A stretch of DNA of 64,000 nt, taken from Longimicrobiales bacterium. Lineage in GTDB: Bacteria > Gemmatimonadota > Gemmatimonadetes > Longimicrobiales > Gaopeijiaceae. Below, one piece after another: positions 36,865-46,644 of the stretch (position 1 is its first letter; each line of letters opens with the position of its first letter). The stretch is from positions 1,728,001 through 1,792,000 of the forward strand of contig CBDBCF010000001.1 in NCBI GenBank assembly GCA_965202985.1. The letters are read 5' to 3'. Both the position numbers and the translations under genes were made by a program. Below the pieces are notes generated by a model. The model worked only from the letters and a program-made list of their open reading frames with translations. It ran no database searches and was not told the DNA's origin.

Positions 36865-36937
36865 ATCATGGTCGTGGTCCGAGCCGTGTATTCGACGGCG
36901 GAGGCGTGAAGCAGAGCGGAACTGCGGGGTCCAACGG

Positions 36938-38370
36938 CTACGGGTCGAGCACATAGCGTGGTCCCGGGGTCCCCGACAACCGAACGACTTGCCCGTCTCC
37001 TGCGAAGTCGCCGAAGGGGGTCGGAGTCAGGTCGTGCACCGAGGTGAACTCGGTCAGCACCATGCCGGTAGCGATCTCGATCTCCAAGGCCTTTGAACGG
37101 TTACCGAAGGTGGCGATCAGCCTTTGCCGGTCCGGGGAGATCGACAAGAGACCCTGCCAGTGCGTAAAGAAGTTGCGGGGTCGCCCGGCGTCGAGGGCGA
37201 CGGGGAAGACGGTCGTCTCGCTGCCGTCGGCCAAGTCGATCGTCAGCACTCGCGAAGGTCCGTCTCGGTCTGCTTCGACGCCCCAGTTGTCGAAGACGAG
37301 AAACCGGGAGTCGCTCAAGTGCTTGACGGAATGCTGCCCGGCGAAGGTTCCCCGCACCAGCGTCTTGACGTCGAAGCCGTCCCGGTCGAGCACGGCGAAG
37401 GCGTTCAAGTTCCGCAGCGACACCACGAGGTCGCCCGGACCGATGCCCGACGGTCCCGTCGCGTCGGGCCCCAGCTCGTGCACCGAGTTCACGTGGAGCG
37501 GGCTACATGGATCGCCCGCGTGCCGCAGCAAGAACCGATAGCGGGAAGCAGCCAGCTTCTCCCAGATCGAGACCTCTTCGAGAAGCTCGCCGTCGGGTCC
37601 GATCTTGCGCACAGTATCGACGTAGGGCTTCGCGCAAGGCAGCTCGAAGCCGAGGTTATGCTTGGGGGCTTGGTAGTGCACGCGGAGCGGGCCTTGGCCG
37701 ATGCGCAGGCCGGGAACCCAGGCCACGTCGTCGGCCGCGAGATGGGGTTCGTGATGACTGTAGTCTCTTCGATACCAGGCCGCCGTGCCGTCGGGTCGAA
37801 TCCGCGCGACGCCCCCGGCGAAGGGGAAGGCGCCATTGTAGTGGAAGACCGCGAGCAGGTCGCCGTTGGGATACGTGTCCACGGCGAACACGTAGGCGTC
37901 GTCGACCAGCTTGATGTCGAACAGGGACTCGTAAGGCAGGTCCACGATCGTCGCTTGCTCGATCTCGCTCGGGCGATAGGGATAGGCGCGAGCGACTTGG
38001 CCTTGGCCGACGTACTCGACGGCCACGCATCCGGGATGCCCCGGACACAGCTCGGCAAACCGTCCGACGCTTCCCGGCCACACGATGCGATCCGTCAGTC
38101 CGCTCTGGTTGTGAAACACGATGCGCGCAGCCTCCACTTCGCTGGAAGACAGGTCTACGGGCGCGGATCTCCGCAGATCCTGCGGCGGTTCGCGCCACTT
38201 GTCACGGATAGCATCGGCAGTTCTCCAGGCCGACCGGAACAGTTCGTAGGGGAATGCCTTCGTTAGCCCGACCTGCACGCCGCCCAAGAACACGACCACG
38301 GCCAGCGCCGCCCCGAACAAGACCACAGGAGTGCGGCGGCGGCGCAACCACTTTGGGGGGGCCTCATCGC
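36938..38370 (-). CDS. Arylsulfotransferase (ASST)-family beta-propeller protein; 5' end abuts an IS end
   Basis: N-terminal TM then FPY; SHHEPH, PLHVNSV, LVVSLRNLN, GQHSV, VFDN motifs; ORF 36938..38467 starts inside the IS-end copy, so the real start is uncertain. Confidence 0.75.
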
Positions 38371-38477
38371 GCCTTATCACGAGAGGTTTGTTGCGAGGGG
38401 AGTGGCGTGCGGCGGCGAGGCCATCAGGTTCAAGGTTCGCGGCCGAGAGCCGGCGGCGCAACGCCAAGGTGAAGATA
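38368..38477 (+). mobile_element. Second, isolated copy of the IS1380 left end
   Basis: About 100 nt near-identical to 36016-36130 (gaggtttgttgcgaggggagtggcg..aggccatcagg.tcaaggttcgcggccgaga). Confidence 0.8.
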
Positions 38478-38757
38478 ATCGCCTGCTCGAACGCGTGTGC
38501 TGCGCGCGCCCGCTCGGTTCACCGTGTCCGGACGCCGCGTCGTCACGATCGTCGGCCGCTCCGCGCGCCACTGGACGCTGGCCACCCGACAGCTCGCACT
38601 GCTGCCGGACCCGGGCGGCTAGCGCCGCACCTGCGCCCGTCGCCGTTCCGGCCTCGACGGCCGCTCCGACGCACCAGTGCGTCCAGCACGCGCAGCAGCG
38701 CCCTCCGAACGTCCAAAATCCTGTGGCGGGATCTAAACTCCTCAACGCCCTCCTCCG

Positions 38758-39489
38758 TCATGGTTGTTCCACCGCTGTTGCCGCGGATTCCCCCCAGACC
38801 TCGCTGCCTTCCCGGCGCCAAATGCGGCGCGCGCGCTCCATCCAAGACGCCTTCCTAATCAGCACCAGCTCCAGATGGGGAGGCGGGGGCGGGCCGCCCT
38901 TCGCGACCTGCACGAAGTGAATGTCGCCCAGTTTCGCAGGTCGTTCCACCTGGAAGCTCCTGCCCGCCCACGAGAACGCGACCGCGCCGGCCCGCCCGAA
39001 GTCGCGGGCGTTCCACGTTTGCTCGATGTAGACGTCGTCCTCGACGGCGTAGACGCCCGGCGCCATTTGATCGCCGTGGCGGTAGTACGCCAGGTCGAAT
39101 TCGCGCCCGTGGTCGCGCAGAAAGGTCTGCTCCATGGCGTAGTCCACGCCCAGCAGGTCGTCCCGGTCGGCCAGCGACTCCAAGTGATGGCGCAGCTCGT
39201 GGGTCAGCGTCTCCCATATCTGTCCCTCCCAGTCGAAGGTCGGGTCCAGCTTGGCCAGGGCTTCGAACGAGCCCCAGTGCAGGACCACCAGCGACCGAAT
39301 GGTGTCGGGTCCGCCCCAGCCCGACGGGTAGCTCTCCGTGGCGCACTCGCCCAGCGTGTAGATGTCCCGAAACCGAGGATGGGCAAGCGCGTCGCGACGC
39401 ACCGTCAGGCCGTCCACGCCCGCCTTGTACCGGGCCGGAATCTCCTCGAAGGCGCGGCGCGCGGCCGCCTCGAAGGCGTCGAAGTTCAC
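38758..39489 (-). CDS. Zincin-like metallopeptidase family protein
   Basis: THELRHHLE HExxH; YTLGEC; GTG 39489 overlaps the upstream stop. Confidence 0.8.
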   Translation of the reverse strand: MNFDAFEAAARRAFEEIPARYKAGVDGLTVRRDALAHPRFRDIYTLGECATESYPSGWGGPDTIRSLVVLHWGSFEALAKLDPTFDWEGQIWETLTHELRHHLESLADRDDLLGVDYAMEQTFLRDHGREFDLAYYRHGDQMAPGVYAVEDDVYIEQTWNARDFGRAGAVAFSWAGRSFQVERPAKLGDIHFVQVAKGGPPPPPHLELVLIRKASWMERARRIWRREGSEVWGESAATAVEQP

Positions 39490-40487
39490 TGGGAACGGCG
39501 CTTCCGCTCCCGAATGAACGCCTCCGCGCCCTTGGGCAACAGCAGGTTGTCGGAGATCGCCGCGATCTCTTCGGCGTTCCGCCACGCCTGCTCCAGCAAC
39601 CATAGCTCGCCCTCCAGCGCCCGGCGCTCCTGTTCCTCGTGGAGCGCCATTTCGAACGCCAGCCTAGTGGCCTTGGGCATCCTGCTCACGTAACCGGGCA
39701 ACCCCTTCTTGCCATGGAACCTCGGGCTGCCCGCCACGTTCGCCAGAAACCGCTCGGGGTCGCCCTGGGCCTCGATTCGATCCACCGCCAGCCGCACCGT
39801 CTCCTTCCTGCCGCCCATCGCGTTGATCGCGGGCAGGATCGTCGCGGCGAAGCGCCGGGCCTCTTCGCCCTCGTGCCACGTCTTCTTCTTGCCCTTCTTG
39901 ATCTCCAGCTTGAAGCCCGAGTCGCCGAGCGCAGGACGAACCCGGATGCCCGCCAGCTCCGGGCGCTTCAGCTTCACGGTCCGCCCCTCGTCCGTGCGCA
40001 GCTTGACCACCGTGCGCGCGTTGAACACGACATTGTAGAGGTTGCCGACCTGGGTGAGCGCGGTGCCGCTGATTATCCCCGCCGCGGCCCCGCCGGCCAA
40101 GACGCCGCCCACCACGGCGGTGGCTGCGACGCCGTAAATGATCGTGCGCCGCCGTCGCCGGCCGAACTGGTCTCCGTAGCGCCAAGCCGCGAACTCCGGG
40201 CGCAGGGGCCGGCCTATGCGCACCAGCTCCAGTCCTTCGGCGTGGCGGGCCAGGCCAACGTTCTCGCTGGACACGCGCACTCGGGTCTCGCGAAAGATGA
40301 GTTCGCACGCCTCCACGGCCTCCCAGCGCTCTTCGATGGGGGACAGGTTCCATCGTTCGCACTTGCCGCAGACGACCCACAGGCGTCCTCGCTCCTCGTC
40401 GAAGGCCAGGCGACGCCCAACGGGGAACGTCTCGATCACCTCGTTGGTCCCGAGCGACTTGTTGCAGAACATGCAGGCGGCGTACAA
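39486..40487 (-). CDS. Hypothetical Zn-ribbon membrane-associated protein, paralogue B
   Basis: CMFC...CGKC Zn ligands, central TM, C-terminal EMALHEEQERRALEGEL..AEEIAAISDNLL; TTG after AAGGGAG. Confidence 0.75.
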   Translation of the reverse strand: MYAACMFCNKSLGTNEVIETFPVGRRLAFDEERGRLWVVCGKCERWNLSPIEERWEAVEACELIFRETRVRVSSENVGLARHAEGLELVRIGRPLRPEFAAWRYGDQFGRRRRRTIIYGVAATAVVGGVLAGGAAAGIISGTALTQVGNLYNVVFNARTVVKLRTDEGRTVKLKRPELAGIRVRPALGDSGFKLEIKKGKKKTWHEGEEARRFAATILPAINAMGGRKETVRLAVDRIEAQGDPERFLANVAGSPRFHGKKGLPGYVSRMPKATRLAFEMALHEEQERRALEGELWLLEQAWRNAEEIAAISDNLLLPKGAEAFIRERKRRSQ

Positions 40488-40653
40488 CGGCGTGTCTCCC
40501 TTCGAGTTCCGGGACAAGAGGCGGGCCGGGGGCGGACCCATTTAAGAATACGACTTCGGGCGTCCGTTCGTTCGCGGCGCGTGGTGGCGACTGCTTGTTG
40601 GGTGCGCGGGCGGGCCGCTTGCGCGACACGGTCTCGGGCGATACAACGGTTCC

Positions 40654-41112
40654 ATGAGGATCGACGATGTCTTTCGCGTCGACGCGCCCGCCGAGGCCGT
40701 GTGGCGGTTTCTTGCCGACCCGGAGCGCGTGGCCGCTGCCCTGCCGGGCGCCGAGATCACGCGCGATCTGGGCGGCGGGACCTACGAAGGCGCCATGTCG
40801 ATGAAGGTGGGCCCGCTGGCGGCGGCCTACAAGGGAACCGTGGCCTTCGAGTTCGACGGAGAGGCGCGCTCGGCGGTGGTCCGGGCCCGGGGGAAGGGCA
40901 AGGCCGGCATGGGCAACGCGGACATGACGATGACGAGCCGAGTCGCGGCGATCTCCGGCAGCGAGACGGAGGTGACGATCGGCGCCGACATCGCCGTCAC
41001 GGGAGTCCTGGCCCAGCTGGGGCGCGGCATGATCCAGCACGTGTCCAAGAAGATGATCCGGGAGTTCGCGGAGATCGTGGCCCGAGAGATCGCAAGGAAG
41101 GCGGGCGAGTGA
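40654..41112 (+). CDS. CoxG/SRPBCC family protein
   Basis: VWRFLADPERVAAALPGA, KVGPL, ARGK, GVLAQLGRGMI. Confidence 0.85.
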   Translation: MRIDDVFRVDAPAEAVWRFLADPERVAAALPGAEITRDLGGGTYEGAMSMKVGPLAAAYKGTVAFEFDGEARSAVVRARGKGKAGMGNADMTMTSRVAAISGSETEVTIGADIAVTGVLAQLGRGMIQHVSKKMIREFAEIVAREIARKAGE

Positions 41113-41140
41113 ACCGGGGCGGGCGGGCCGCCGCGTGCCC

Positions 41141-41188
41141 CTCCTCGAAGGCCCGGCAGGCTGCCGCTTCGAAGGGGTCGAAGTTCAC
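41141..41188 (-). repeat. Duplicated 5' stub of the zincin gene
   Basis: GTG AAC TTC GAC CCC TTC GAA GCG GCA GCC..GCC TTC GAG GAG (VNFDPFEAAACRAFEE) versus VNFDAFEAAARRAFEE at 39489, same GTGA coupling to the Zn-ribbon stop. Confidence 0.8.
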
Positions 41189-42174
41189 CGGCGCGCCGTC
41201 TTCTGCTTTCGAACGAACGCTTCCGCGCCCTTGGGCAACAGCAAGTTGTCGGAGATCGCCGCAATCTCTTCGGCGTCCCTCCACGCCCTTTCCAGCAGCC
41301 ACAGCTCGCCCTCCAGCGCCCGGCGCTCCTGTTCCTCGTGGAGGGCCATTTCAAGCGCTAGCCTCGTAGCCTTGGGCATCTTGTACACGTAGCCGGGCAC
41401 GCCCCATTTGCCCTGGAATCGGTTGCCTTCGACCACGTTCGCCACGAACCGCTCGGGGTTGCCCTGGGTCTCGATCTGGTGCACCGCCTGCCGCACCGCC
41501 TCCTTGGCGCCGCCCATGGCGTTGATCGCCGGCAAGATCGTCGCGGCGAAGCGCCGAGCTTCTTCGCCTCGGTACCAGGTATTCTTCCCGCCCTTCACGA
41601 TCTCCAGCTTGAACCCCGAATCACCCGATCCGGGACGAACGCGGGTCTTCTCTAGATTGGCGCGAGTCAGCTTCAAAGGCGTGCCGTCGTCGGGTTTCAG
41701 CTTGACCAAAGTCTCATAGCGCCAGGTAGTGACGATGCTTCCGATTACCCCGCCGGTGCTTACCCCAACAACAGCACCGCCCACCAAGACGCCTCCCACG
41801 ACGGCAGTCGCGCCAACGCCAGAAAGGATCCTGCGTCGTCGTCGCCGACCGAACTGGTCGCCGTAACGCCAAGCCGCGAACTCCGGGCGCGGGGCTCGGC
41901 CAATGCGCACCAGCTCCAGCCCCTCGGGATGGCGGGCCAAGCCGACGTTCTCGCTTGACACGCGCACGCGGGTTTCGCGAAAGATGCGTTCGCAGGCCTC
42001 CACGGCCTCCCATCGCTCCTCGATGGGGGTAAGGTTCCATCGCTCGCACTTCCTACACACGACCCACAAGCGACCTCGCGCCTCGTCAAAGGCCAAGCGG
42101 CGTCCGACGGGGAACGTCTCGATCACCTCGTTGGTCCCGAGGGACTTGTTGCAGAACATGCAAGCGGCGTACAC
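41185..42174 (-). CDS. Hypothetical Zn-ribbon membrane-associated protein, paralogue A
   Basis: N- and C-terminal thirds nearly identical to 39486..40487; divergent central segment. Confidence 0.75.
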   Translation of the reverse strand: MYAACMFCNKSLGTNEVIETFPVGRRLAFDEARGRLWVVCRKCERWNLTPIEERWEAVEACERIFRETRVRVSSENVGLARHPEGLELVRIGRAPRPEFAAWRYGDQFGRRRRRRILSGVGATAVVGGVLVGGAVVGVSTGGVIGSIVTTWRYETLVKLKPDDGTPLKLTRANLEKTRVRPGSGDSGFKLEIVKGGKNTWYRGEEARRFAATILPAINAMGGAKEAVRQAVHQIETQGNPERFVANVVEGNRFQGKWGVPGYVYKMPKATRLALEMALHEEQERRALEGELWLLERAWRDAEEIAAISDNLLLPKGAEAFVRKQKTARR

Positions 42175-43752
42175 TTACATTCCCCAAACGTGCACCTTGT
42201 CTCCGCTTGCGGCCGTTCGGCTCTCGCGAAACACCTTCTCTTCCCATCTCAGCCCCTCGCTGCGATCGAAGACGATCAAGTGCCCGGCCTCGGCGCCGCA
42301 TCGGTCCATGTAGTCCGCCGTCTGCTCCACGCCTTCGGCCACAGTGCGCTCCCGGCTGCGCTTCTCGTGCCGAAGCTTGCACTCGACGACGAACTTGCCC
42401 GCGCCCGCGCCCTGCGGCCAGACGATCAGCAGGTCGGCCCGCCCGCGCCCCAGCCCTTGTTCCCGCTCGACGCGCCCGCCGCTGTTGACGATCCGCTGCA
42501 GAAACGCCTGAAGCAGCAGGTGCGGTCCGGCCTCTTTGTAGTCGAAGCGCTCCACCCAGCTCTCCGAGTTGGCGCGGAAGAACTCTTGGAAGCGCTCCAG
42601 CAGCTTGTCCAGTTGCAAGGCGCCTGAATCGTCCACGTACCACGCGGGGTCGTCCTGGAGCTTGACTTGTGCGCGCCACGCGAGCTGGCGAGGCACCACC
42701 TCGGCGTAGATCGGGTTGGCCAGACGCACAGGAAGGTCGCGTGCGATCAAACCCAGGTCCTGAACGTATTCGATGTCGTCGATCGTCGATTCCCAGCCGT
42801 GGCCGCCTACAAGAAGCGGCTCGATCACTCGACGGACTCTCTCCTCCTGGAGCTTGTCCGTCAGCTGGTCCAGATGCGTGTCGCGCCGAAGGATGAGCGC
42901 CTCTCGAGCCTCCAGGACATCGGCTTCGGATATCGTGTGGGAGCGATCCCGGCCCTTGTCGTTTCGGAAGCACGCCTGATAAGCCAGCGCATTGACCAAC
43001 CAGGGCTGACCAAGCGTTTGGCTCCAGACGGCGTCGATGGCGTCTTCGCTGAACGGCTGGCCCGCTTCCTCCGTGTGCTGCCGCAGCAGCGCGGCGACAT
43101 GATCGGGCGAGAAGTTGCCCAGGAGCAGGGATTCGGACTTGATGTTGAATGCGCTGCCGCCGGCGATCATGGTGTTGGCGGAGCCCGAATGAATGCGATA
43201 GTCGCGCACGTCTCGGACTCCGCACAGCACGATGCAGTGTGGAAACCCCGCCGGCCGCAAGTGATGGGAAGCCCGCAGCTGCCGCAGCACCGCCAACAGA
43301 GAATCGCCCACCAGGGAGTCGATCTCGTCCACCAGCAACACCAGCGGCTTGTCGGAGGCCAGGGACCAACGCGCCAAAGACTCGCTCAGCGCCCCCGGCC
43401 CGTACTCCGTCCAGATGCCGGACCAGGCGTCGGACAGAAAGTCGTCGCCGACCAGCCTTGCTTGCAGCGCCATCTGCCCGAGGATCATCCTGACGGCCTG
43501 CTCTACGTCCTCGCGCATCGCCTGGGCGCCTTTGACGTTTACGTACACGCAACGATAGCGATCCTCTTCGTTCAACAAGCGCTGAAGCGACAGGAGGGCC
43601 GTTGTCTTGCCGGTCTGCCGAGGCGCGTGAAGCACGAAGTACTGCTTGTCCGCAATCAGCTCCCGGAGTTCGTCGAGGTTCATGCGGGAGAGGGGAGGAA
43701 CGTAGTAGTGGTCTTCCGCCACGATCGGACCGGACCGGTTGAAGCGACGCAT
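42175..43752 (-). CDS. AAA-like ATPase (AAA_35-type) with C-terminal PD-(D/E)XK nuclease domain
   Basis: MRRFNRSGP, HAPRQTGKTT, LLVDEIDSL, SAFNIK, GQPWLVNAL; C-terminal GRADL..VVECK; ATG 43752 in frame with ORF 42175..44091. Confidence 0.85.
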   Translation of the reverse strand: MRRFNRSGPIVAEDHYYVPPLSRMNLDELRELIADKQYFVLHAPRQTGKTTALLSLQRLLNEEDRYRCVYVNVKGAQAMREDVEQAVRMILGQMALQARLVGDDFLSDAWSGIWTEYGPGALSESLARWSLASDKPLVLLVDEIDSLVGDSLLAVLRQLRASHHLRPAGFPHCIVLCGVRDVRDYRIHSGSANTMIAGGSAFNIKSESLLLGNFSPDHVAALLRQHTEEAGQPFSEDAIDAVWSQTLGQPWLVNALAYQACFRNDKGRDRSHTISEADVLEAREALILRRDTHLDQLTDKLQEERVRRVIEPLLVGGHGWESTIDDIEYVQDLGLIARDLPVRLANPIYAEVVPRQLAWRAQVKLQDDPAWYVDDSGALQLDKLLERFQEFFRANSESWVERFDYKEAGPHLLLQAFLQRIVNSGGRVEREQGLGRGRADLLIVWPQGAGAGKFVVECKLRHEKRSRERTVAEGVEQTADYMDRCGAEAGHLIVFDRSEGLRWEEKVFRESRTAASGDKVHVWGM

Positions 43753-43787
43753 GGCTACGTCCCTCGACTTTGCGGGAGTGGGCGACG

Positions 43788-44639
43788 TCAAGCTGGCAAC
43801 GGCGGGAGCGTGGGGCAAGGCGGCAAGGCGGTCCAGCCGATCGGCATGAGCGGAGCGCACGACGGGACGCGGACAATCTCCGACGGCGTGGTACACAACG
43901 TGCCAGCGGACCTGTGCGAAGCGATCCTGTCGGATGCGAAGGCGCTGGCGACCTGGGAGGACATCACCCGCTTCCGCCCCGCCACCACCGCCATCGGCGG
44001 CCGATGCCACGGACATTCGGCCTCGAAGCCGGCGGTCCGCAGTGCCGCAAGCTCGTCTTCGAGCGGGAAGTAGGTGTCTTCTTCGGCCCACTCCTCGAAG
44101 TGCTGGAAAGCTTGGGGCCGCTCGATTCCGTGCTTGGCCATGTGTTGGGCCCAGGCATCGTAGGTTGCGGACCGCCCGACCGGGTCCGAGGGCATCACAG
44201 CGTCGGCGTTGACGAAGACGCCGCCTGGGTTCAGGGCGTTGAAGATGCGCCGGTACAGGTTCTGCTTCTCAGCGAGCGTGGGGACATGGTGGAGCGAGAG
44301 CGAGGCGGCGATGGCGTCGCAGGGCGGGAGCGGGTCGTGGAAGGACTGCTCCAGGAAGCGCGCCCGGTCGCCGAACGGGGCCAGCCGCTCCCGGGCTTGG
44401 TCCAGCATCTCCGGGTCCACGTCCACGAGGGCCACGGAACCCGTGTCCGAAGGCTCCAGCAGGGCCGCCGAAAGGGCCCCCGTTCCGGCCCCGAGATCGA
44501 GAACCAAGCGGGGCCGGACGGCCGCCACGGCCTCTGCCGCGACTTGCAACATCGTCTCGTAGCCGGGGATGAAGCGGCGGATCGCGTCGTCGTAGGCGGC
44601 GGTCTCGACGCGGAGGTGCCGGCGCACGGAGTGGGACAT
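43788..44639 (-). CDS. Class I SAM-dependent methyltransferase (C-terminus extended into the YdeI remnant)
   Basis: VLDLGAGTG, VDVDPEML, SLSLHHV, LNPGGVFVNAD. Confidence 0.85.
   Translation of the reverse strand: MSHSVRRHLRVETAAYDDAIRRFIPGYETMLQVAAEAVAAVRPRLVLDLGAGTGALSAALLEPSDTGSVALVDVDPEMLDQARERLAPFGDRARFLEQSFHDPLPPCDAIAASLSLHHVPTLAEKQNLYRRIFNALNPGGVFVNADAVMPSDPVGRSATYDAWAQHMAKHGIERPQAFQHFEEWAEEDTYFPLEDELAALRTAGFEAECPWHRPPMAVVAGRKRVMSSQVASAFASDRIASHRSAGTLCTTPSEIVRVPSCAPLMPIGWTALPPCPTLPPLPA
43846..43968 (+). pseudogene. YdeI/OmpD-associated family N-terminal fragment
   Basis: MSGAHDGTRTISDGVVHNVPADLCEAILSDAKALATWEDIT resembles the family start and breaks where the convergent methyltransferase ends. 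Confidence 0.55.
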
Positions 44640-44765
44640 GATCGATCACGCTAAGCGGTGGGCGCGGGTGCGCAACCCTCGCTATCTTCCCATAGCCGAC
44701 GCCCCCCGGAGACTCGGGCGGCGCCGAATGCTTTGCGTGCGAGGCCTCCCCAACCCAAGCCTGCC

Positions 44766-46616
44766 ATGGATTCGTCACGCAGTTTTCCGGGGCTGGTCGT
44801 TCTCGCCCTGGGCGTCGCTACAGGCTGCGCGCCCCCGGACGCCCGCCCGACGCCTGCCGCCCGACGCAGCGCCCCCGAGCCGCCGCCGGTGGAGGCCGGC
44901 CAGCCGGGCAAGCCCGGCGAGTACGACTTGGCCGCGGACGTGTTGCACTACGAGATCGAGCTTGCACTGGGCAGCCCCGAGATCGAAGCCCTCGCAACGC
45001 TTTCCGTGCGTCCCAACGGCGCGAGCCGGCTTCCCTTGGACTTGACCGGGCTGGGCGTCCGGAGCGTCCGAGTCGACGATCAGCCGGTGGCCTTCGAGTA
45101 CGAGGACGGCAAGTTGCGAGTCCCGCTGGGAGGGCAAGGCCGAGGGGCTGGCGCCGCCCCCGCAGGGTCCGCCGAAGACCAACTCCGCGTGACCGTCGCC
45201 TATCACGGCGTCCCGGACGACGGGCTGATCCTTCGCGACAACGTGCACGGCGACCCCGCCGCCTTCGTGGACAACTGGCCCAATCGCACGCGCTTCTGGC
45301 TGCCCTCGGTGGACCACCCGACCGACAAGGCCACGGCGGCGTTCACGGTCCATGCGCCGTCGGCTTGGCAGGTGATCGCCAACGGTGCGCTTGCCGCCCC
45401 GCCGGAACCGGCCGCCGCCGATGCGCTGGGCCACGCGGAAAACGCCGGGCGACGAACGACTTGGCGCTGGGCCAGCCGAGTGCCCCATCCCACGTACACG
45501 CTGGTCGTGGGGGCCGCGGACTTTGCCGTCGAATCCCTTGGTCGGGCGGCGTGCGGCGCGGCTCCGGCAAGCCCGGACGCCGACGGCTGCATCGACGTGT
45601 CGTACTGGGTCTTCCCGGAGGACACGGCCTTCGCCCGCCAAGTCTTCCGGCGCGCGCCCGCCATGGTGGACTACTTCACCGACCTGATCGGACCGTATCC
45701 CTTCGAGAAGCTGGCCCACGTCCAGTCGGCCACGCGCTTCGGCGGCATGGAGAACTCGTCGGCGATCTTCTACTCGGAGCGCGCGATCGCCGAAGGCGCG
45801 TTGAGCGAAGGCACCGTCTCCCACGAAATCGCCCACCAGTGGTTCGGCGACGCGGCCACGCAGTCGGACTGGAACCATCTGTGGTTGTCCGAAGGCTTCG
45901 CCACCTACTTCGGCGCCCTCTTCTTCGAGGCGGCCGACGGAGACGAAGACTTTCGCGGCCGCATGGAACGGAGCCGCCGGGGCTACCTGGATTCGGACGA
46001 CGTGGCCCGCCCCATCGTGGACCCCGCAGGTGCCGACAACCTTTTCGACCTGCTGAACCGCAACAACTACAACAAGGGCGCCTGGGTGCTGCACATGCTG
46101 CGAGGCGTGGTCGGCGACGACACTTTCTTCCGCGCGATCCGCACCTACTACGAACGCCACGCCTTCGCGAACGCCCTGACCGAGGACCTGCGACGCGCCT
46201 TCGAAGACGCGATTGCGACCCAAGCGACGGGCGCCGCCGAAGAGGCTGCCGCCGCCACCGAGCTGGACTGGTTCTTCGACCAATGGGTTCACCAGCCCGG
46301 CTACCCGACCCTGGAACACTCTTGGGAACGGACGGCGGACGACGCCGAAATCGTGCTTTCGGTCTCCCAGGTTCAGCCGAGCGAGTGGCCCACGTTCCGG
46401 TTGCCGATGGAGGTGGAAGTTCGCGGCCCGGCGGGCGTTCGGCGCCATCGCGTCGTGGTCGAGTCCCGCTCCCAGACCTTCCGCCTGCCGTTGGTTGCAC
46501 CAGACGGCGAGGGCGCGCCTGCCGGCGTCGGCGCCTCCACCCGCGAAGTCGGACCCACCGAAATTGTGCTTGACCCTGGCGGCTGGGTGCTCAAGGGCTA
46601 TGTTGCACCTCCGTGA
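44766..46616 (+). CDS. M1 family aminopeptidase, lipoprotein
   Basis: GGMEN, HEIAHQWFG..WLSEGFATY, YNKGAWVLHMLR; lipobox ATGC. Confidence 0.9.
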   Translation: MDSSRSFPGLVVLALGVATGCAPPDARPTPAARRSAPEPPPVEAGQPGKPGEYDLAADVLHYEIELALGSPEIEALATLSVRPNGASRLPLDLTGLGVRSVRVDDQPVAFEYEDGKLRVPLGGQGRGAGAAPAGSAEDQLRVTVAYHGVPDDGLILRDNVHGDPAAFVDNWPNRTRFWLPSVDHPTDKATAAFTVHAPSAWQVIANGALAAPPEPAAADALGHAENAGRRTTWRWASRVPHPTYTLVVGAADFAVESLGRAACGAAPASPDADGCIDVSYWVFPEDTAFARQVFRRAPAMVDYFTDLIGPYPFEKLAHVQSATRFGGMENSSAIFYSERAIAEGALSEGTVSHEIAHQWFGDAATQSDWNHLWLSEGFATYFGALFFEAADGDEDFRGRMERSRRGYLDSDDVARPIVDPAGADNLFDLLNRNNYNKGAWVLHMLRGVVGDDTFFRAIRTYYERHAFANALTEDLRRAFEDAIATQATGAAEEAAAATELDWFFDQWVHQPGYPTLEHSWERTADDAEIVLSVSQVQPSEWPTFRLPMEVEVRGPAGVRRHRVVVESRSQTFRLPLVAPDGEGAPAGVGASTREVGPTEIVLDPGGWVLKGYVAPP

Positions 46617-46644
46617 CCGAATCCAGTCCCGCTAGGAGGCGCGC

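Noticed and set aside
39486..42174. Near-identical paralogues as a DGR template/variable pair
   Set aside because: No reverse transcriptase in the window, differences are not adenine-specific, and both copies are full genes.
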